Source: Candidatus Poseidoniaceae archaeon (GTDB lineage Archaea; Thermoplasmatota; Poseidoniia; Poseidoniales; Poseidoniaceae). From it: 64,000 nucleotides of DNA. The notes under the pieces are model-generated. The model was not told the DNA's origin. It did no database searches and saw nothing but the letters and a program-made list of their open reading frames with translations. Positions 27,648-37,751 of the stretch are shown one piece after another. A program made the translations under genes and the position numbers. Where the stretch lies: NCBI GenBank assembly GCA_943788295.1, contig CALSPS010000004.1, forward strand, positions 224,540 through 288,539, written 5' to 3'. Position 1 is the first letter of the stretch; each line of letters starts with the position of its first letter.

Positions 27648-30600
27648 ATGCACGTCCTGTCTTTCATGGGGTTGACTGGGAGCATGCGTTTCCGCTCGGT
27701 CGCGATGGTGGCCTTGTTTGTGCTGTCGACCCTTCTCCAAGGCTACACACCAACAGATTCCTCGGTGCTCGAGGGTGATTCTACGGCGCAGCAGGCCGTC
27801 ACGCTCGGCCAAGCCGAATCGATCACCATAGGCTCATTCCCCGACGGTGCAAGCACCAAAATCGAAATCGAAATCCCAGATGGCAAGGCCATTCAAGGCC
27901 TCGATGTTGATGTTGAGCCGGCTCGCCTCCAATCCTCAATGGCTCAGTCTTGGACCGAGTCGAGTGATTTCTCAACAGGTGCGACCTATGACGGAATGGA
28001 CGTCAACGGATCTTCATTAACCATCCTTCCACAAGGATGGGAGTGGGACTTTGAGAGCGCTAACCATGGTTGGACGCTCGGTTCACCTGCATGGTTGTGG
28101 GGCTTTGACACCACCATTGGCCAAGCAGGCGGCACCAGCAGTGGAACCAAAGCGCTCTACACTTATGACGGAAGTTACCCCAACAACATGGGATCCACCA
28201 TCTGGGCAACATCGCCGGTCATGGATTGCTCTTCGTGCTCAGGGGCATGGGAACTGGATTTCATGAAGCGTCTGGGCGTTGAGAGTTCAAGTTGGGATCA
28301 CGCCTATGTGTCGGTCAAGGGAACCAATGGGAACTGGGCGAACGTCTACTCGAACTCAGGTTCAGTATCCGATGGATCCATGGTCCCACAAACCATTTCC
28401 ATCACCAATTACGTTGCATCAAACCCGAACTTCCAAGTCCGCTTCGGCATTGGTACCACGGACAGTTCCGTGACCTACACTGGATGGAACATCGACGATG
28501 TATCTGTTCTCCCAACAAGCACCGGTGTCTCGTCTGGTGAAGGCAATTGGACTTCAGCAGCCTTTGGACCAAGCCTCTTTGGCCAAGGCGAAAACAAAGC
28601 CTTCGGCTACCTTCACATGGATGCAGTAATTCCAAACGGAGCGGTTTTTGAATGGCGTTTATTGGACGCAGTCACCAATCAACCGGTGATTGGTTTTGAG
28701 CACATGACGCACACCAGCGTGGATCTTGGTATGGTGGATTGGTCAACGCACCCCTTGGTTCGCATTGACATCCACATGCAAACCGGGGCCTCGGGCATTC
28801 CTACCATTCATGGGTTCCACTTCAACGGAGTGTTGTTCGAAGATTTTGATCAAGAACCGACAGCTGCAGGCTGGCAACTGCAAGGCCAAACTTGGTCGCT
28901 CGGTGCGATCTCAGGGAGCGGCAGCGTTCTTTCGCCAACCTACAACGTTCGAAGTGGATTCGGTGGCATCATCTCGAACAGCGTCTTCACTGGACCAGCC
29001 GTGTTTGAAGCAAGCGTGGACAATGGTGCAAGTTGGGTTACCCTTTCCCCGGGTGTTTACCATTGGTTTGACGCTCCAGAATTCTCAGTTCAATTCCGTA
29101 TCTCGTCTTCGGGCGGTACATGGAACCTCCAAACCTTCGATGTCGAGATGGTACGAAGCAGCATTGTTGATGGCTTGCGCTTTGATGTTGGCCTCGATGG
29201 TGTCAGCGACTGGTCGATGGCCCTGCCTGAAGTGGGGCGCCTCGGCGTTCAAGACCGCCTCATCGATGGTTCGCTATGGCAAACGCGAACAGCCAGTCCT
29301 GGTGCGCCAGCCATGTATGAGATGGCGCTTCCCCTCGACGGAGTATCGGGTCTGGAATTTGCTGTTGCTTCCCCTGCCAACCCGAGCATATCACCAACCC
29401 TCCGTATGCTGATTTCGGGCCAAGAAGTCCTTTCCAAGAGCCTTCAAACAGTCCAAGATCTCACCATCATTACCTTGACCTCCAATGAACTTTCAAGCCT
29501 CAACAGTGCTTTGTCCCAAGCCGCAGCAACCCACGGTCCAAAGGGGCTTCCAATGGTATCTGTGCAACTTTCTATAGAATCTTCTTCCTCCACCTCGACC
29601 CTTGTTGGAGGCGGTCTATTCGCACCATACGATGGCGCCCTCAGCATGGCCTTCACAGCCAGTGATCCTCTGGTGGTTGCCCTCAACAGTCAACTGCAAG
29701 CCGCAACGGCCATTGGTGGTGTCAAAACGCTCACCATGCCAATCCGCATGGCATCAACAGGCGCCTTGTCGATCACTGTGGACCAACTCACGACCCAAAG
29801 TTCAGTCGAACCAGTTTCCATTCAAGTGAGCAACGTCAGCGATACATTCGTACCGTCAACCGAATGGGTTGAAGTCAGCAGCACCTTCGATTTCTCACCC
29901 TTAGGCGTCTCTGACGCTGCGACCTATGTCAAAACGAACGGTTGGTCCGTCGTGCTTCAATTGCAAGGAATGGTCCGCTCCTCACACATCACTTGTCCGT
30001 TTGTCTCGCTCCCTGCTGAAGGGGATTTGGGATGTTCAACCCAAGGTGCTCCGATGGTGTGGTCGGACAATGGTGCTCTTGGTTCAAAGACCGTGATTGG
30101 AAGCGGAGCACTCCTTCAAATCGATCACCGATTCAAATTCACAGAACAATGGGATGACGAACCATCCATGACCCTTTCAGTGAACCTCATAGCACCAACC
30201 GGGCCAATGATCCCGGTCAGTGTAAATTACGGCCTAGGCAACGCTCAAGGCGTTGAGAACGATGTGGAACTGGTCACTTGGGGATCGGTCAATTCTGCTG
30301 GTGTAGGGACTGAGTTAGCAAACCCTTACCTTCACCCGGGCGACGCTGTCACCATTGAAGCTGAACTTGGCTTCGAAGGAATTGAACATTCCCCCTCGCC
30401 TCGTTCAGGAAGCGTGGACGTCTGCTTCTATGTGGATGATGTTCAAAATCAATGCACTTCCGTTTACAACCGTGGTGTTGCTTCGTTCCCATGGAGCGTG
30501 CCAACCGGTAAGGAAAGCGTCACATTACGAGTCGAACTCGTGCCACTCCAAGGACAAGCCGTCTCCTATCCGGTGTCAAATGAAGCAACCTTCAATTTCG

Positions 30601-32726
30601 ACAATGTGGCGCCAGAGCTCCTCGGTATGAACGTCGAAACCTACGATCACATGGATGCTGGCCCGACAACGGCGCTGGAATTCCTCATTGCTGACCGGCC
30701 GATTCTCCCTTCTCATGCCGTGGTTCACATGTGGCGTTCGTGGTTGGACGATACGAACCTCGATGGAGTCATGGATGTCGATGAAGTCTTCTCCGATTCA
30801 CTCGAAGTTCCAATCAACCGGACCAACGTACAAGGCACTTATCTGTTCGCCTTTGATTCCTCTTCCTATCCATCTGGTTCCTTGATGCAGGGATGGCTCG
30901 AAGTAGCGGATCCTGCAGGAAACCCGATGTTGAGTGGTGGCGACTTCGCAACGCCGCTGTTTAATTTACAAATCGACAATGACGGTGCACCTCAACTTGG
31001 CTCCACGCCTTCTTCTTGGCACATTGATGGCGATGCATGGCTGCACCCAGGTGAAAACAACCTCCTCAGCATTCCTGTGTGGGACATGAATGGAGTCAGC
31101 GATATTGCCACCATCGAACTGGATTTGGCCAGCAACCACAACACACCAGTGCTCGTGCAGTGGAACGCAACAACGGACCAGTGTGTGTCCAACAATGTGT
31201 TCTTCGAGATTGAATCCTGTCATATTGAGCCAATGACCAGCGACAGTGTCTTTTCAAACGAAGGAATGTTCCACGTCAATTTTTCACTTGAATGGGGCTT
31301 TGACCCTGACGTCAGCCTTGTGCGAACACCCTCCATCCTTGTTCATGACCGCTCGGGCCAATCCAACATTGCTGCCCTTTCCACCCTCGACTGGAGGTTC
31401 TCCGGCGAATTAGAAATCCCTCATAGCAGCACGGCTTTCGATGTCGATGGTGCACCAATGGATGCCTTGGGCTCATGGATTCAACCACGGGCAGCGGTTG
31501 GGGTGAACGGTACACTTGTCTGGCACCGTTCCCAAAATCCTGTGATGCAAACGGTCGATCTGCTGATTGACTTAGGTGGCATTGAAGCCACTGTAGAATC
31601 GGTGAACGGAACATTTGCCGGCCAAGTCATTGCCCCTCTTTCTCCAGGGACTTACGGACTTACAACTTCACTCAATGAGCCTCCAAACGGTGCCATTGAC
31701 CGCACTGACTCCGCACCGTTTGCTTACTTCATCGTCGACCACCAGGCACCATCGATTGTCGGTGTCGCATCGCCCCCTGTCAATGGCGTCATTGAAGAGG
31801 CTGCATGGTCGAACATCAAATTCGAAATTTTAGTGGACGAAGAGGACCGCTTGAATGAAGAGGATTTAACCCTCAATTGGGCAGTTCACGAAGCAGGTCT
31901 AGGTTTGACCAGTCCAATGGTCATCAGCGGAACGGAGCATCTTCAGGTGGTTGGTGGTCGTGCGTACGGGTCGATGATCCCAACCGAGGCCACGCTTGAC
32001 CTTGAGCAACAACTCACCACTTCAATGCGTTCCGAAGCGCTCGAACTCCGAATCTATGTGACCGGTTCAGACATCGCAGGTCATCCAATCGCCGCTGTCT
32101 TCAATGACATCGATGCTCCTCTTTCCGTTTGGGTTCTGGAACAACGAGTGGCAGAATATTCATTCTTGGAGCCAAGCATGAAGCCGTCCAAAGACATCGC
32201 TGAGGGTGATGTTGTCAGCCTTGGTGTTGTCGTAGAAAACAACGGTCGTGCCGATGGTGTGGCCCAGATGTTTGTGGAGCGCGTTGAGAGCAACGGCGCT
32301 CGAACCCGCATTGACGCACGGGAGATTCAAGTTCCGGCTGGTGAACAATTCGTCTACAGCAAGGAATGGATGCCAGACCGATCAGGAACCATGTGGATTG
32401 AGTACCACATCATCAATGGTCCAATGTCACAAACCAACACCGTCTTCGTCGATGAACCACGCACAGAGGGTGTGCTCGGCAGTGTTGCTGCGGTCAACCC
32501 TGTGTTGTTGGTCATCATCTTCTTGCTCAGCGTGTCGCTTGTAGCTGTTCTCTTGTTCGGACTTCAATCGCCTCAACAGAAGAATTGGGACCAAGAAAAA
32601 GCACGCCAGATTTCGAAATCACTGCCAAGCATACCGGTGCAACAACAAGCAGCATCATCACCAGAAACCGGGCCCTATGGCGCCCAAAATGAGGCTGCTT
32701 CACCCGGCAACAACCCGTATCAGTGA
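27648..32726 (+). CDS. Giant surface protein (about 1690 aa). It has a signal peptide, a long extracellular region, one C-terminal TM helix and a 55-aa cytoplasmic tail.
   Basis: The likely start is MRFRSVAMVALFVLSTLLQG at 27684. The C-terminal TM is LLVIIFLLSVSLVAVLLFGL, followed by a Gln/Pro-rich tail. Confidence 0.7.
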   Translation: MHVLSFMGLTGSMRFRSVAMVALFVLSTLLQGYTPTDSSVLEGDSTAQQAVTLGQAESITIGSFPDGASTKIEIEIPDGKAIQGLDVDVEPARLQSSMAQSWTESSDFSTGATYDGMDVNGSSLTILPQGWEWDFESANHGWTLGSPAWLWGFDTTIGQAGGTSSGTKALYTYDGSYPNNMGSTIWATSPVMDCSSCSGAWELDFMKRLGVESSSWDHAYVSVKGTNGNWANVYSNSGSVSDGSMVPQTISITNYVASNPNFQVRFGIGTTDSSVTYTGWNIDDVSVLPTSTGVSSGEGNWTSAAFGPSLFGQGENKAFGYLHMDAVIPNGAVFEWRLLDAVTNQPVIGFEHMTHTSVDLGMVDWSTHPLVRIDIHMQTGASGIPTIHGFHFNGVLFEDFDQEPTAAGWQLQGQTWSLGAISGSGSVLSPTYNVRSGFGGIISNSVFTGPAVFEASVDNGASWVTLSPGVYHWFDAPEFSVQFRISSSGGTWNLQTFDVEMVRSSIVDGLRFDVGLDGVSDWSMALPEVGRLGVQDRLIDGSLWQTRTASPGAPAMYEMALPLDGVSGLEFAVASPANPSISPTLRMLISGQEVLSKSLQTVQDLTIITLTSNELSSLNSALSQAAATHGPKGLPMVSVQLSIESSSSTSTLVGGGLFAPYDGALSMAFTASDPLVVALNSQLQAATAIGGVKTLTMPIRMASTGALSITVDQLTTQSSVEPVSIQVSNVSDTFVPSTEWVEVSSTFDFSPLGVSDAATYVKTNGWSVVLQLQGMVRSSHITCPFVSLPAEGDLGCSTQGAPMVWSDNGALGSKTVIGSGALLQIDHRFKFTEQWDDEPSMTLSVNLIAPTGPMIPVSVNYGLGNAQGVENDVELVTWGSVNSAGVGTELANPYLHPGDAVTIEAELGFEGIEHSPSPRSGSVDVCFYVDDVQNQCTSVYNRGVASFPWSVPTGKESVTLRVELVPLQGQAVSYPVSNEATFNFDNVAPELLGMNVETYDHMDAGPTTALEFLIADRPILPSHAVVHMWRSWLDDTNLDGVMDVDEVFSDSLEVPINRTNVQGTYLFAFDSSSYPSGSLMQGWLEVADPAGNPMLSGGDFATPLFNLQIDNDGAPQLGSTPSSWHIDGDAWLHPGENNLLSIPVWDMNGVSDIATIELDLASNHNTPVLVQWNATTDQCVSNNVFFEIESCHIEPMTSDSVFSNEGMFHVNFSLEWGFDPDVSLVRTPSILVHDRSGQSNIAALSTLDWRFSGELEIPHSSTAFDVDGAPMDALGSWIQPRAAVGVNGTLVWHRSQNPVMQTVDLLIDLGGIEATVESVNGTFAGQVIAPLSPGTYGLTTSLNEPPNGAIDRTDSAPFAYFIVDHQAPSIVGVASPPVNGVIEEAAWSNIKFEILVDEEDRLNEEDLTLNWAVHEAGLGLTSPMVISGTEHLQVVGGRAYGSMIPTEATLDLEQQLTTSMRSEALELRIYVTGSDIAGHPIAAVFNDIDAPLSVWVLEQRVAEYSFLEPSMKPSKDIAEGDVVSLGVVVENNGRADGVAQMFVERVESNGARTRIDAREIQVPAGEQFVYSKEWMPDRSGTMWIEYHIINGPMSQTNTVFVDEPRTEGVLGSVAAVNPVLLVIIFLLSVSLVAVLLFGLQSPQQKNWDQEKARQISKSLPSIPVQQQAASSPETGPYGAQNEAASPGNNPYQ

Positions 32727-32776
32727 GCCTCTGCTTGAGGCGAAGGGTTTGAAACCTCGATGCTAAAGCGCACCTT

Positions 32777-33082
32777 GGAGGGAGTAGGAGGATCGCTGAC
32801 AGAGTTCGACTCTGAGGAAAGTCCCCTCTCCACAGTGCAAACGGCTTGCAGAAGGAAGAGAACAGAAATGGTCTGGTCAATGCAGCAGAAACGAACGATG
32901 CAAGGTGTGTACAATGACGTTGAAAGACAGAGATTGCCTTGTTGTCGATGAGACGAGCAACCCCGTTGGAGCAAGTCCAAACAGTCCCGCCGACGCGGCA
33001 CGCCGAGGGACAGGTAGGACGCTAAGTTGAATGCGGTCACCGAAAGGTAACAGAAAGGGGCTTACTCCCTACTCCCTCCACT
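32777..33082 (+). ncRNA. rnpB: RNase P RNA, about 306 nt.
   Basis: The P4 5' strand GAGGAAAGUCCCC is at 32814. The P4 3' strand ACAGAAAGGGGCUUAC is at 33050, with covarying CCCC/GGGG where the consensus has CCGG/CCGG. The P1 helix GGAGGGAGUAGGAGGA (32777-32792) pairs with UCCCUACUCCCUCC (33066-33079). GGAGCAAGUCCAAACAG is present. Only spurious ORFs overlap it. Confidence 0.75.
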
Positions 33083-33684
33083 CAAGGAAGATCGCTTTTA
33101 GGCTCGATGCGATCTTTTCTATGCCCAAAATGAAACAGCGCAAAGAACACAAAGAACGTTATTCCAATGCTGGAAAGAAAGCCCATCACTTTGGCTTGGA
33201 ACCATGCGATAGGGTCCTCTGGCTGGTGGTCCTCTCCGGCATAATCACCTTGGCCACCGTAAAACTCCCCTCCTCCTTGCTGATAGGCATACAGGGCAAC
33301 AGCGTTGAACAAAGCAGGCCCAATCAGCAACAACGCGGCTATCGAGACCATGGTGGCAGTTCGCAACGGATGAAGAACTCCGCCTAGGTAAGCTTGGCGG
33401 ATAAACGGTAGTGTTGAGAACAACCCCACGAGGATCATCAGGGTGTTCATCGGATTGCCTTCAGGGTTGAACCCCAATTGAACTCCGTTGTAATTGTAGG
33501 TCAGAAAACCAAGATACAATGCAGAAAGGGTGGCTACGCTGGCCATCCAAATGAACCAACAACTTCGCCTGAAAGCGGTCAAGTTGGAATGCGTCAACAA
33601 CCAAGGCAATCCAAGGATGAGGGCGATTGACACCCATTGAATCCACGATACCAGCGGGTCGCTCGCTGTTAGGTTCAACAGCAC
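33082..33684 (-). CDS. Polytopic membrane protein with about 5 TM helices, hypothetical. It is the last gene of the GT2–RND operon.
   Basis: Hydrophobic helices throughout. It starts 12 nt after the RND stop. Confidence 0.5.
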   Translation of the reverse strand: MLLNLTASDPLVSWIQWVSIALILGLPWLLTHSNLTAFRRSCWFIWMASVATLSALYLGFLTYNYNGVQLGFNPEGNPMNTLMILVGLFSTLPFIRQAYLGGVLHPLRTATMVSIAALLLIGPALFNAVALYAYQQGGGEFYGGQGDYAGEDHQPEDPIAWFQAKVMGFLSSIGITFFVFFALFHFGHRKDRIEPKSDLP

Positions 33685-33695
33685 ACCTTACCCCC

Positions 33696-36608
33696 CTAGT
33701 CCTCTAACACCGCATCGAGTGGCTTCATGGCAATTGGTGATGCAAGGGCAATGCCATCACCATAATCCCGCCAACCCTCTTGGCCAAGCAATTGGGCGCG
33801 CACCGTGTGCTCAAGGGTGATCACCGCTGGAAGCAAGAAGGCGCTGGTGATGAAGGCGAAGAAGATCAGCAGGCACATAATCATGAAGAAATTCTCCAAC
33901 CCAGGGAAAGCCGCCAAAAATCCGGCAGCGATGCCTGAGATGGTTGTGATGGTGGTCTCGAAAATCGTTTGCCCAGTCTCCTCGATGGCATTCGCGATGC
34001 CGGTCGGCGTCTCACCTTCTTCTTGGATCCTGTGCATCACGTGAATCGAATCATCCACACCGATTCCAAAGACAATGGTTCCAATCATCGCTGTGAAGAT
34101 ATTGACGTTGACATCGCCGCTCTGCATCAACAAGGGTTGCCACAAGATCACAACTGCAACGGGGAGCATGGTGTAAATGCCCAATCGGGGTGAGCGGAAC
34201 ACGATGGAAAGAACAACGGTGAGCAACAACAAAGTGACGATGGTGGTGAGGCTTTGTGTGTCGTGGATGCCGTCGTTAATGTCGAGCGATACTGGGAGGC
34301 CGCCGGTAAGTAAGGACGTGCTTGTTTTTGCTACGACCGGTTCCTGAGCGAGCAAGTCATCAATTTCTTCACGGAGTTCACCAGCGACATTGAGGTTCAT
34401 GTATGGTTGGGTCACATAGACAATGGCCTTGGTTCCAGCTTCGTTCAAAAGCATTGAACGCACTTCCTCGGTGAGGGTGTCGAAGACCACATTGACCATG
34501 TCCTTGCGCAATCCTTGGCGTCCTTCTGGTCCAGTCAGTTCAAGCCCCAGCCAGACGTTGCACTGAATCGGATCGTTGCTCTCCCAACAAGGGTCATGGA
34601 GCAGATCCCAAAGGCTTCCCTCATACAGGGTCACGCCATCAGTGAGGGAGATTGTGGCGGGAATGGTTCGCAGGAACGTAATGATGCTCGTCGTGTTGGT
34701 TTCATCGACGGCATCAATTTGTAATTCAAGAGCGTCGATTGCGTCCAACACCGGCAAGTCGCGAATGTTTTCCGTGTTGTTGGCTTGTGCTTCGGCTGTT
34801 CTTTCTTCTGCATTGAAGATGAACAGCGAGGTTTGACCACCGCTGAATTCACGTGAATACTTGGCCAATGAATTAAGCGAATCAATGCCATCAGGTGCTT
34901 CGGATGACCCCGTAATCGGCTCGTTCATTTCATCGAGGTTGGCGACACCATAGGCCGTCACGCTACCTGATACGAGCAAGATCACAACGAACCACTTGAC
35001 AGGCCAGGTGCCGATGTTCTTCCACATCGAGGGATTGGTTCGTTTGCTGAACTTCAACAACCACGCCAAGGTCGGTACCAAAATTATGCTGAAAATCAGC
35101 GTTGAAGTGATGCCGATGACGAGGGTAATACCGACGGAACGGATTGGGGATACGGTGACGATCATTGGTGCGATGAGCACTGAGAATCCGATCACAGTGG
35201 TCATGGCCGAAAGGAACACTGCAACGCCAGTAGAGCGGGTCATTTCGAGGACACAATCGCGGTAGAAATTGACATCCCACAAGTCGGGCACAGGTTCGAG
35301 TGGCTCACCCGACCGCCGCCGTCTCGCATTTTCATCGTTCGCTTTGTCAATTTCTTTTCGCCGAACTTCCTCGATCCTATTGACCATGTGAAGGGCATAA
35401 TCTACGCCTAAACCAATTAAAATCGGGAATGTGGCCACAATCATTGGGGTAAGGGTGATGTCCAGCAGGACTGAACTGCCAAAGGTGACAGCGAGAGCCA
35501 TGACGATTGGTGTTCCAGTGATGACCACCACTTTCGCCGAGCGGTGAAGGGCTGTGATCACAACCACTGTGCAGAGCACGGACCAAGGCAGAATCATCAG
35601 CAAGTCTTCGTAAATCGCATCTGAGACGTCTTCCAGAACCTTCGTAAGTCCTGTGACGGTCATTTCAGTTTCACGGTATTCTGATGGACGCTCATCAATC
35701 ACAGCTTGGAAGTGGTCGAGCAACTCTGAAAAGTCCTTGAAGTCCTTTGTTTCGGAGAGGTCGCTTTTCATACCGACCAGAATGGCTGCTGTGTCCCATA
35801 TTCCATCGCCATCCATGTCGTTGGTTGTGTTTCCATCTCCGTCGCTGTCGACGAAAGGGTCCATGTCGTTTGTGTCCTTGAACAGCGCGTCAAATCCACC
35901 ATCGGACTCTTCGATGATTTGGTCAATGCGCTGTTGGTCCGGAATTGCATACGGGCCTCCACCGGGCAAATCACAATCCACATCCACTGGTATCCGGGTG
36001 TTAATCCCGTGAACGCACAGGGATTGGTTGAAGCGGCCATCGGCTGAGTTCACTTCTTTGATGACCTGAGCAGGTGAGATGATCCATAGGACACCATCGT
36101 CACGCCCATGGTCTGTTTTAGCGTAATCGATACCCCGCTCCAACGTTGCGCCGTTTGCGTTGTCATCATCCCCTTCGACCCAACTCATTTCTTTGAGAAT
36201 AAGCTCGTTGGTGATGTTGGTGGTGAATGAAGGGTTATTGGCGTTAGGTGTCTGTATGTAGATGACAGCAATGTCGGTTGACCACTCTTCACGGACCTCG
36301 AGCAACAGTTCTGTGGAAGGTGCGCCATCGGGAAGGAAGATTTCGACATCATCATCGATTTGTTCCTGGAAACTGAGCCCTTGACTGCCAAATCCTCCAG
36401 CGATGATGATCAGAAGAACGACGACCATCAGTGGTGCTGCAAGGATGCTGTCATACATCTTGTCAATGCGGTCCATCGCCGTCTCTGTCATACGGTTTTG
36501 GAAATCCGTAAGTGGTTGAAGCCACCCGGCAAGGGAACCTCCATCCTCGCTTGCCATGCAACAGGCATGAGGTGCAGGGTCTTGAATGATGCTCATTCGA
36601 GCGTTCAA
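33696..36608 (-). CDS. RND-superfamily exporter (MMPL / SSD-type, COG1033-like) with two 6-TM bundles and large extracytoplasmic domains.
   Basis: 970 aa with two repeated blocks, each a TM1, a large loop and 5 TM. The TM regions are MMPL-like. Confidence 0.7.
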   Translation of the reverse strand: MNARMSIIQDPAPHACCMASEDGGSLAGWLQPLTDFQNRMTETAMDRIDKMYDSILAAPLMVVVLLIIIAGGFGSQGLSFQEQIDDDVEIFLPDGAPSTELLLEVREEWSTDIAVIYIQTPNANNPSFTTNITNELILKEMSWVEGDDDNANGATLERGIDYAKTDHGRDDGVLWIISPAQVIKEVNSADGRFNQSLCVHGINTRIPVDVDCDLPGGGPYAIPDQQRIDQIIEESDGGFDALFKDTNDMDPFVDSDGDGNTTNDMDGDGIWDTAAILVGMKSDLSETKDFKDFSELLDHFQAVIDERPSEYRETEMTVTGLTKVLEDVSDAIYEDLLMILPWSVLCTVVVITALHRSAKVVVITGTPIVMALAVTFGSSVLLDITLTPMIVATFPILIGLGVDYALHMVNRIEEVRRKEIDKANDENARRRRSGEPLEPVPDLWDVNFYRDCVLEMTRSTGVAVFLSAMTTVIGFSVLIAPMIVTVSPIRSVGITLVIGITSTLIFSIILVPTLAWLLKFSKRTNPSMWKNIGTWPVKWFVVILLVSGSVTAYGVANLDEMNEPITGSSEAPDGIDSLNSLAKYSREFSGGQTSLFIFNAEERTAEAQANNTENIRDLPVLDAIDALELQIDAVDETNTTSIITFLRTIPATISLTDGVTLYEGSLWDLLHDPCWESNDPIQCNVWLGLELTGPEGRQGLRKDMVNVVFDTLTEEVRSMLLNEAGTKAIVYVTQPYMNLNVAGELREEIDDLLAQEPVVAKTSTSLLTGGLPVSLDINDGIHDTQSLTTIVTLLLLTVVLSIVFRSPRLGIYTMLPVAVVILWQPLLMQSGDVNVNIFTAMIGTIVFGIGVDDSIHVMHRIQEEGETPTGIANAIEETGQTIFETTITTISGIAAGFLAAFPGLENFFMIMCLLIFFAFITSAFLLPAVITLEHTVRAQLLGQEGWRDYGDGIALASPIAMKPLDAVLED

Positions 36609-36629
36609 ATAACGGGTTCTGTCGACCCG

Positions 36630-37574
36630 TCAATCAAGGCCAAATTCTCGAACCAAAAGGTGTCGAAGGAATCCACGAGCGCTTTGTAACACAAGACCCG
36701 TGGCCATGAGTGCAAGACCAAGAACGCCAATCCAAACCGCTGATAATCCTGGGCCCACGATGCTGTCGAGTTGGGTTGTAACGCCCTGAGCTGCATTCAT
36801 TCCCATCGCCGCTCCAGTGGCCAGCAATCCTACTCCAGGCAGACCAAGGACGAGAAGTGGTTTCTTTTGAGAAAGCGATAACAGGGCCCAAGTAAGGACT
36901 GTAAAACCGTGAGATACGGCTGTGAAGTTTGATCCCTTTGGTACGTCATATCGGATCACGGTCGGGACTTCGAGGATCTTCAGTTGTTTTTCTCGAGCGT
37001 CCTCAAGCATTTCCAGCGAAAGTTCCATTCCCTCTGAATCAAAGCGAAGGCGCTCAAGTGCTGTGCTTGAAAATGCACGGAATCCAGATTGTGTGTCCTT
37101 GATGCCCAAGTCACTGGAAAGGTTGCTTGCCGCAGTGATCACTTTGATGCCCAAACGTCGGTATGCTGGCATATCGGTACCGCCGCCACCGTTGATGAAC
37201 CGGGAACCTATGGCAAAATCTGCTTCTCCGTCAAGGATTGGTTTCAACAACTTTGGAATATCGCTTGCTTCATGTTGCCCATCGCTATCAAGCACAACAA
37301 GGGCGCTGACATCCATTTCTCGGGCTTTGATGAACAAGGTCTTGAGGGCAGCCCCATAACCTCGATTGGATCGGTGGCGGTAGACGATTGCGCCGCATGC
37401 TTCTGCAATACGAGCGCTGGAATCTGAGGAGCCGTCATCGATGCAAATGACGGCGTCAACGTGACGCAAAGCGGTGGTAACGACCGTACCAATTGTCTCT
37501 TCCTCGTTGTACATCGGCATGCCGGCAACAACGAAAGAGGGAGGCAATTGCTCCTGCTTATCCATGGTTTTCAC
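36630..37574 (-). CDS. Dolichyl-phosphate hexose synthase-like family-2 glycosyltransferase (Dpm1/AglJ-like) with a C-terminal membrane anchor.
   Basis: VVAGMPMYNEEETIG...ICIDDGSSDSS...RSNRGYGAAL. It has two C-terminal TM helices. Confidence 0.75.
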   Translation of the reverse strand: MKTMDKQEQLPPSFVVAGMPMYNEEETIGTVVTTALRHVDAVICIDDGSSDSSARIAEACGAIVYRHRSNRGYGAALKTLFIKAREMDVSALVVLDSDGQHEASDIPKLLKPILDGEADFAIGSRFINGGGGTDMPAYRRLGIKVITAASNLSSDLGIKDTQSGFRAFSSTALERLRFDSEGMELSLEMLEDAREKQLKILEVPTVIRYDVPKGSNFTAVSHGFTVLTWALLSLSQKKPLLVLGLPGVGLLATGAAMGMNAAQGVTTQLDSIVGPGLSAVWIGVLGLALMATGLVLQSARGFLRHLLVREFGLD

Positions 37575-37589
37575 CGTTTCTCCGCTTGC

Positions 37590-37650
37590 GTATACCTATT
37601 TAGTCGTATAGATTCAATTGAGGTAAGGAATATAGTTTGCATGTTACGCA
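37590..37650 (-). promoter_or_regulatory. AT-rich promoter region with TATA-like elements (TAAATAGGTATA) upstream of the GT2–RND operon.
   Basis: A locally AT-rich island (tatacctatttagtcgtatagattcaattgaggtaaggaatatag) about 20-80 nt upstream of the ATG at 37574. Confidence 0.4.
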
Positions 37651-37751
37651 TATGGTCCCTCACTGCGCCGAAGCGCTGTGAGGGACGGCTCCTGCACGAG
37701 GCAGTCGGTCATCGAGGATGAGGTGTTGGAGGCGAGTTGATTCAGTTCGCT

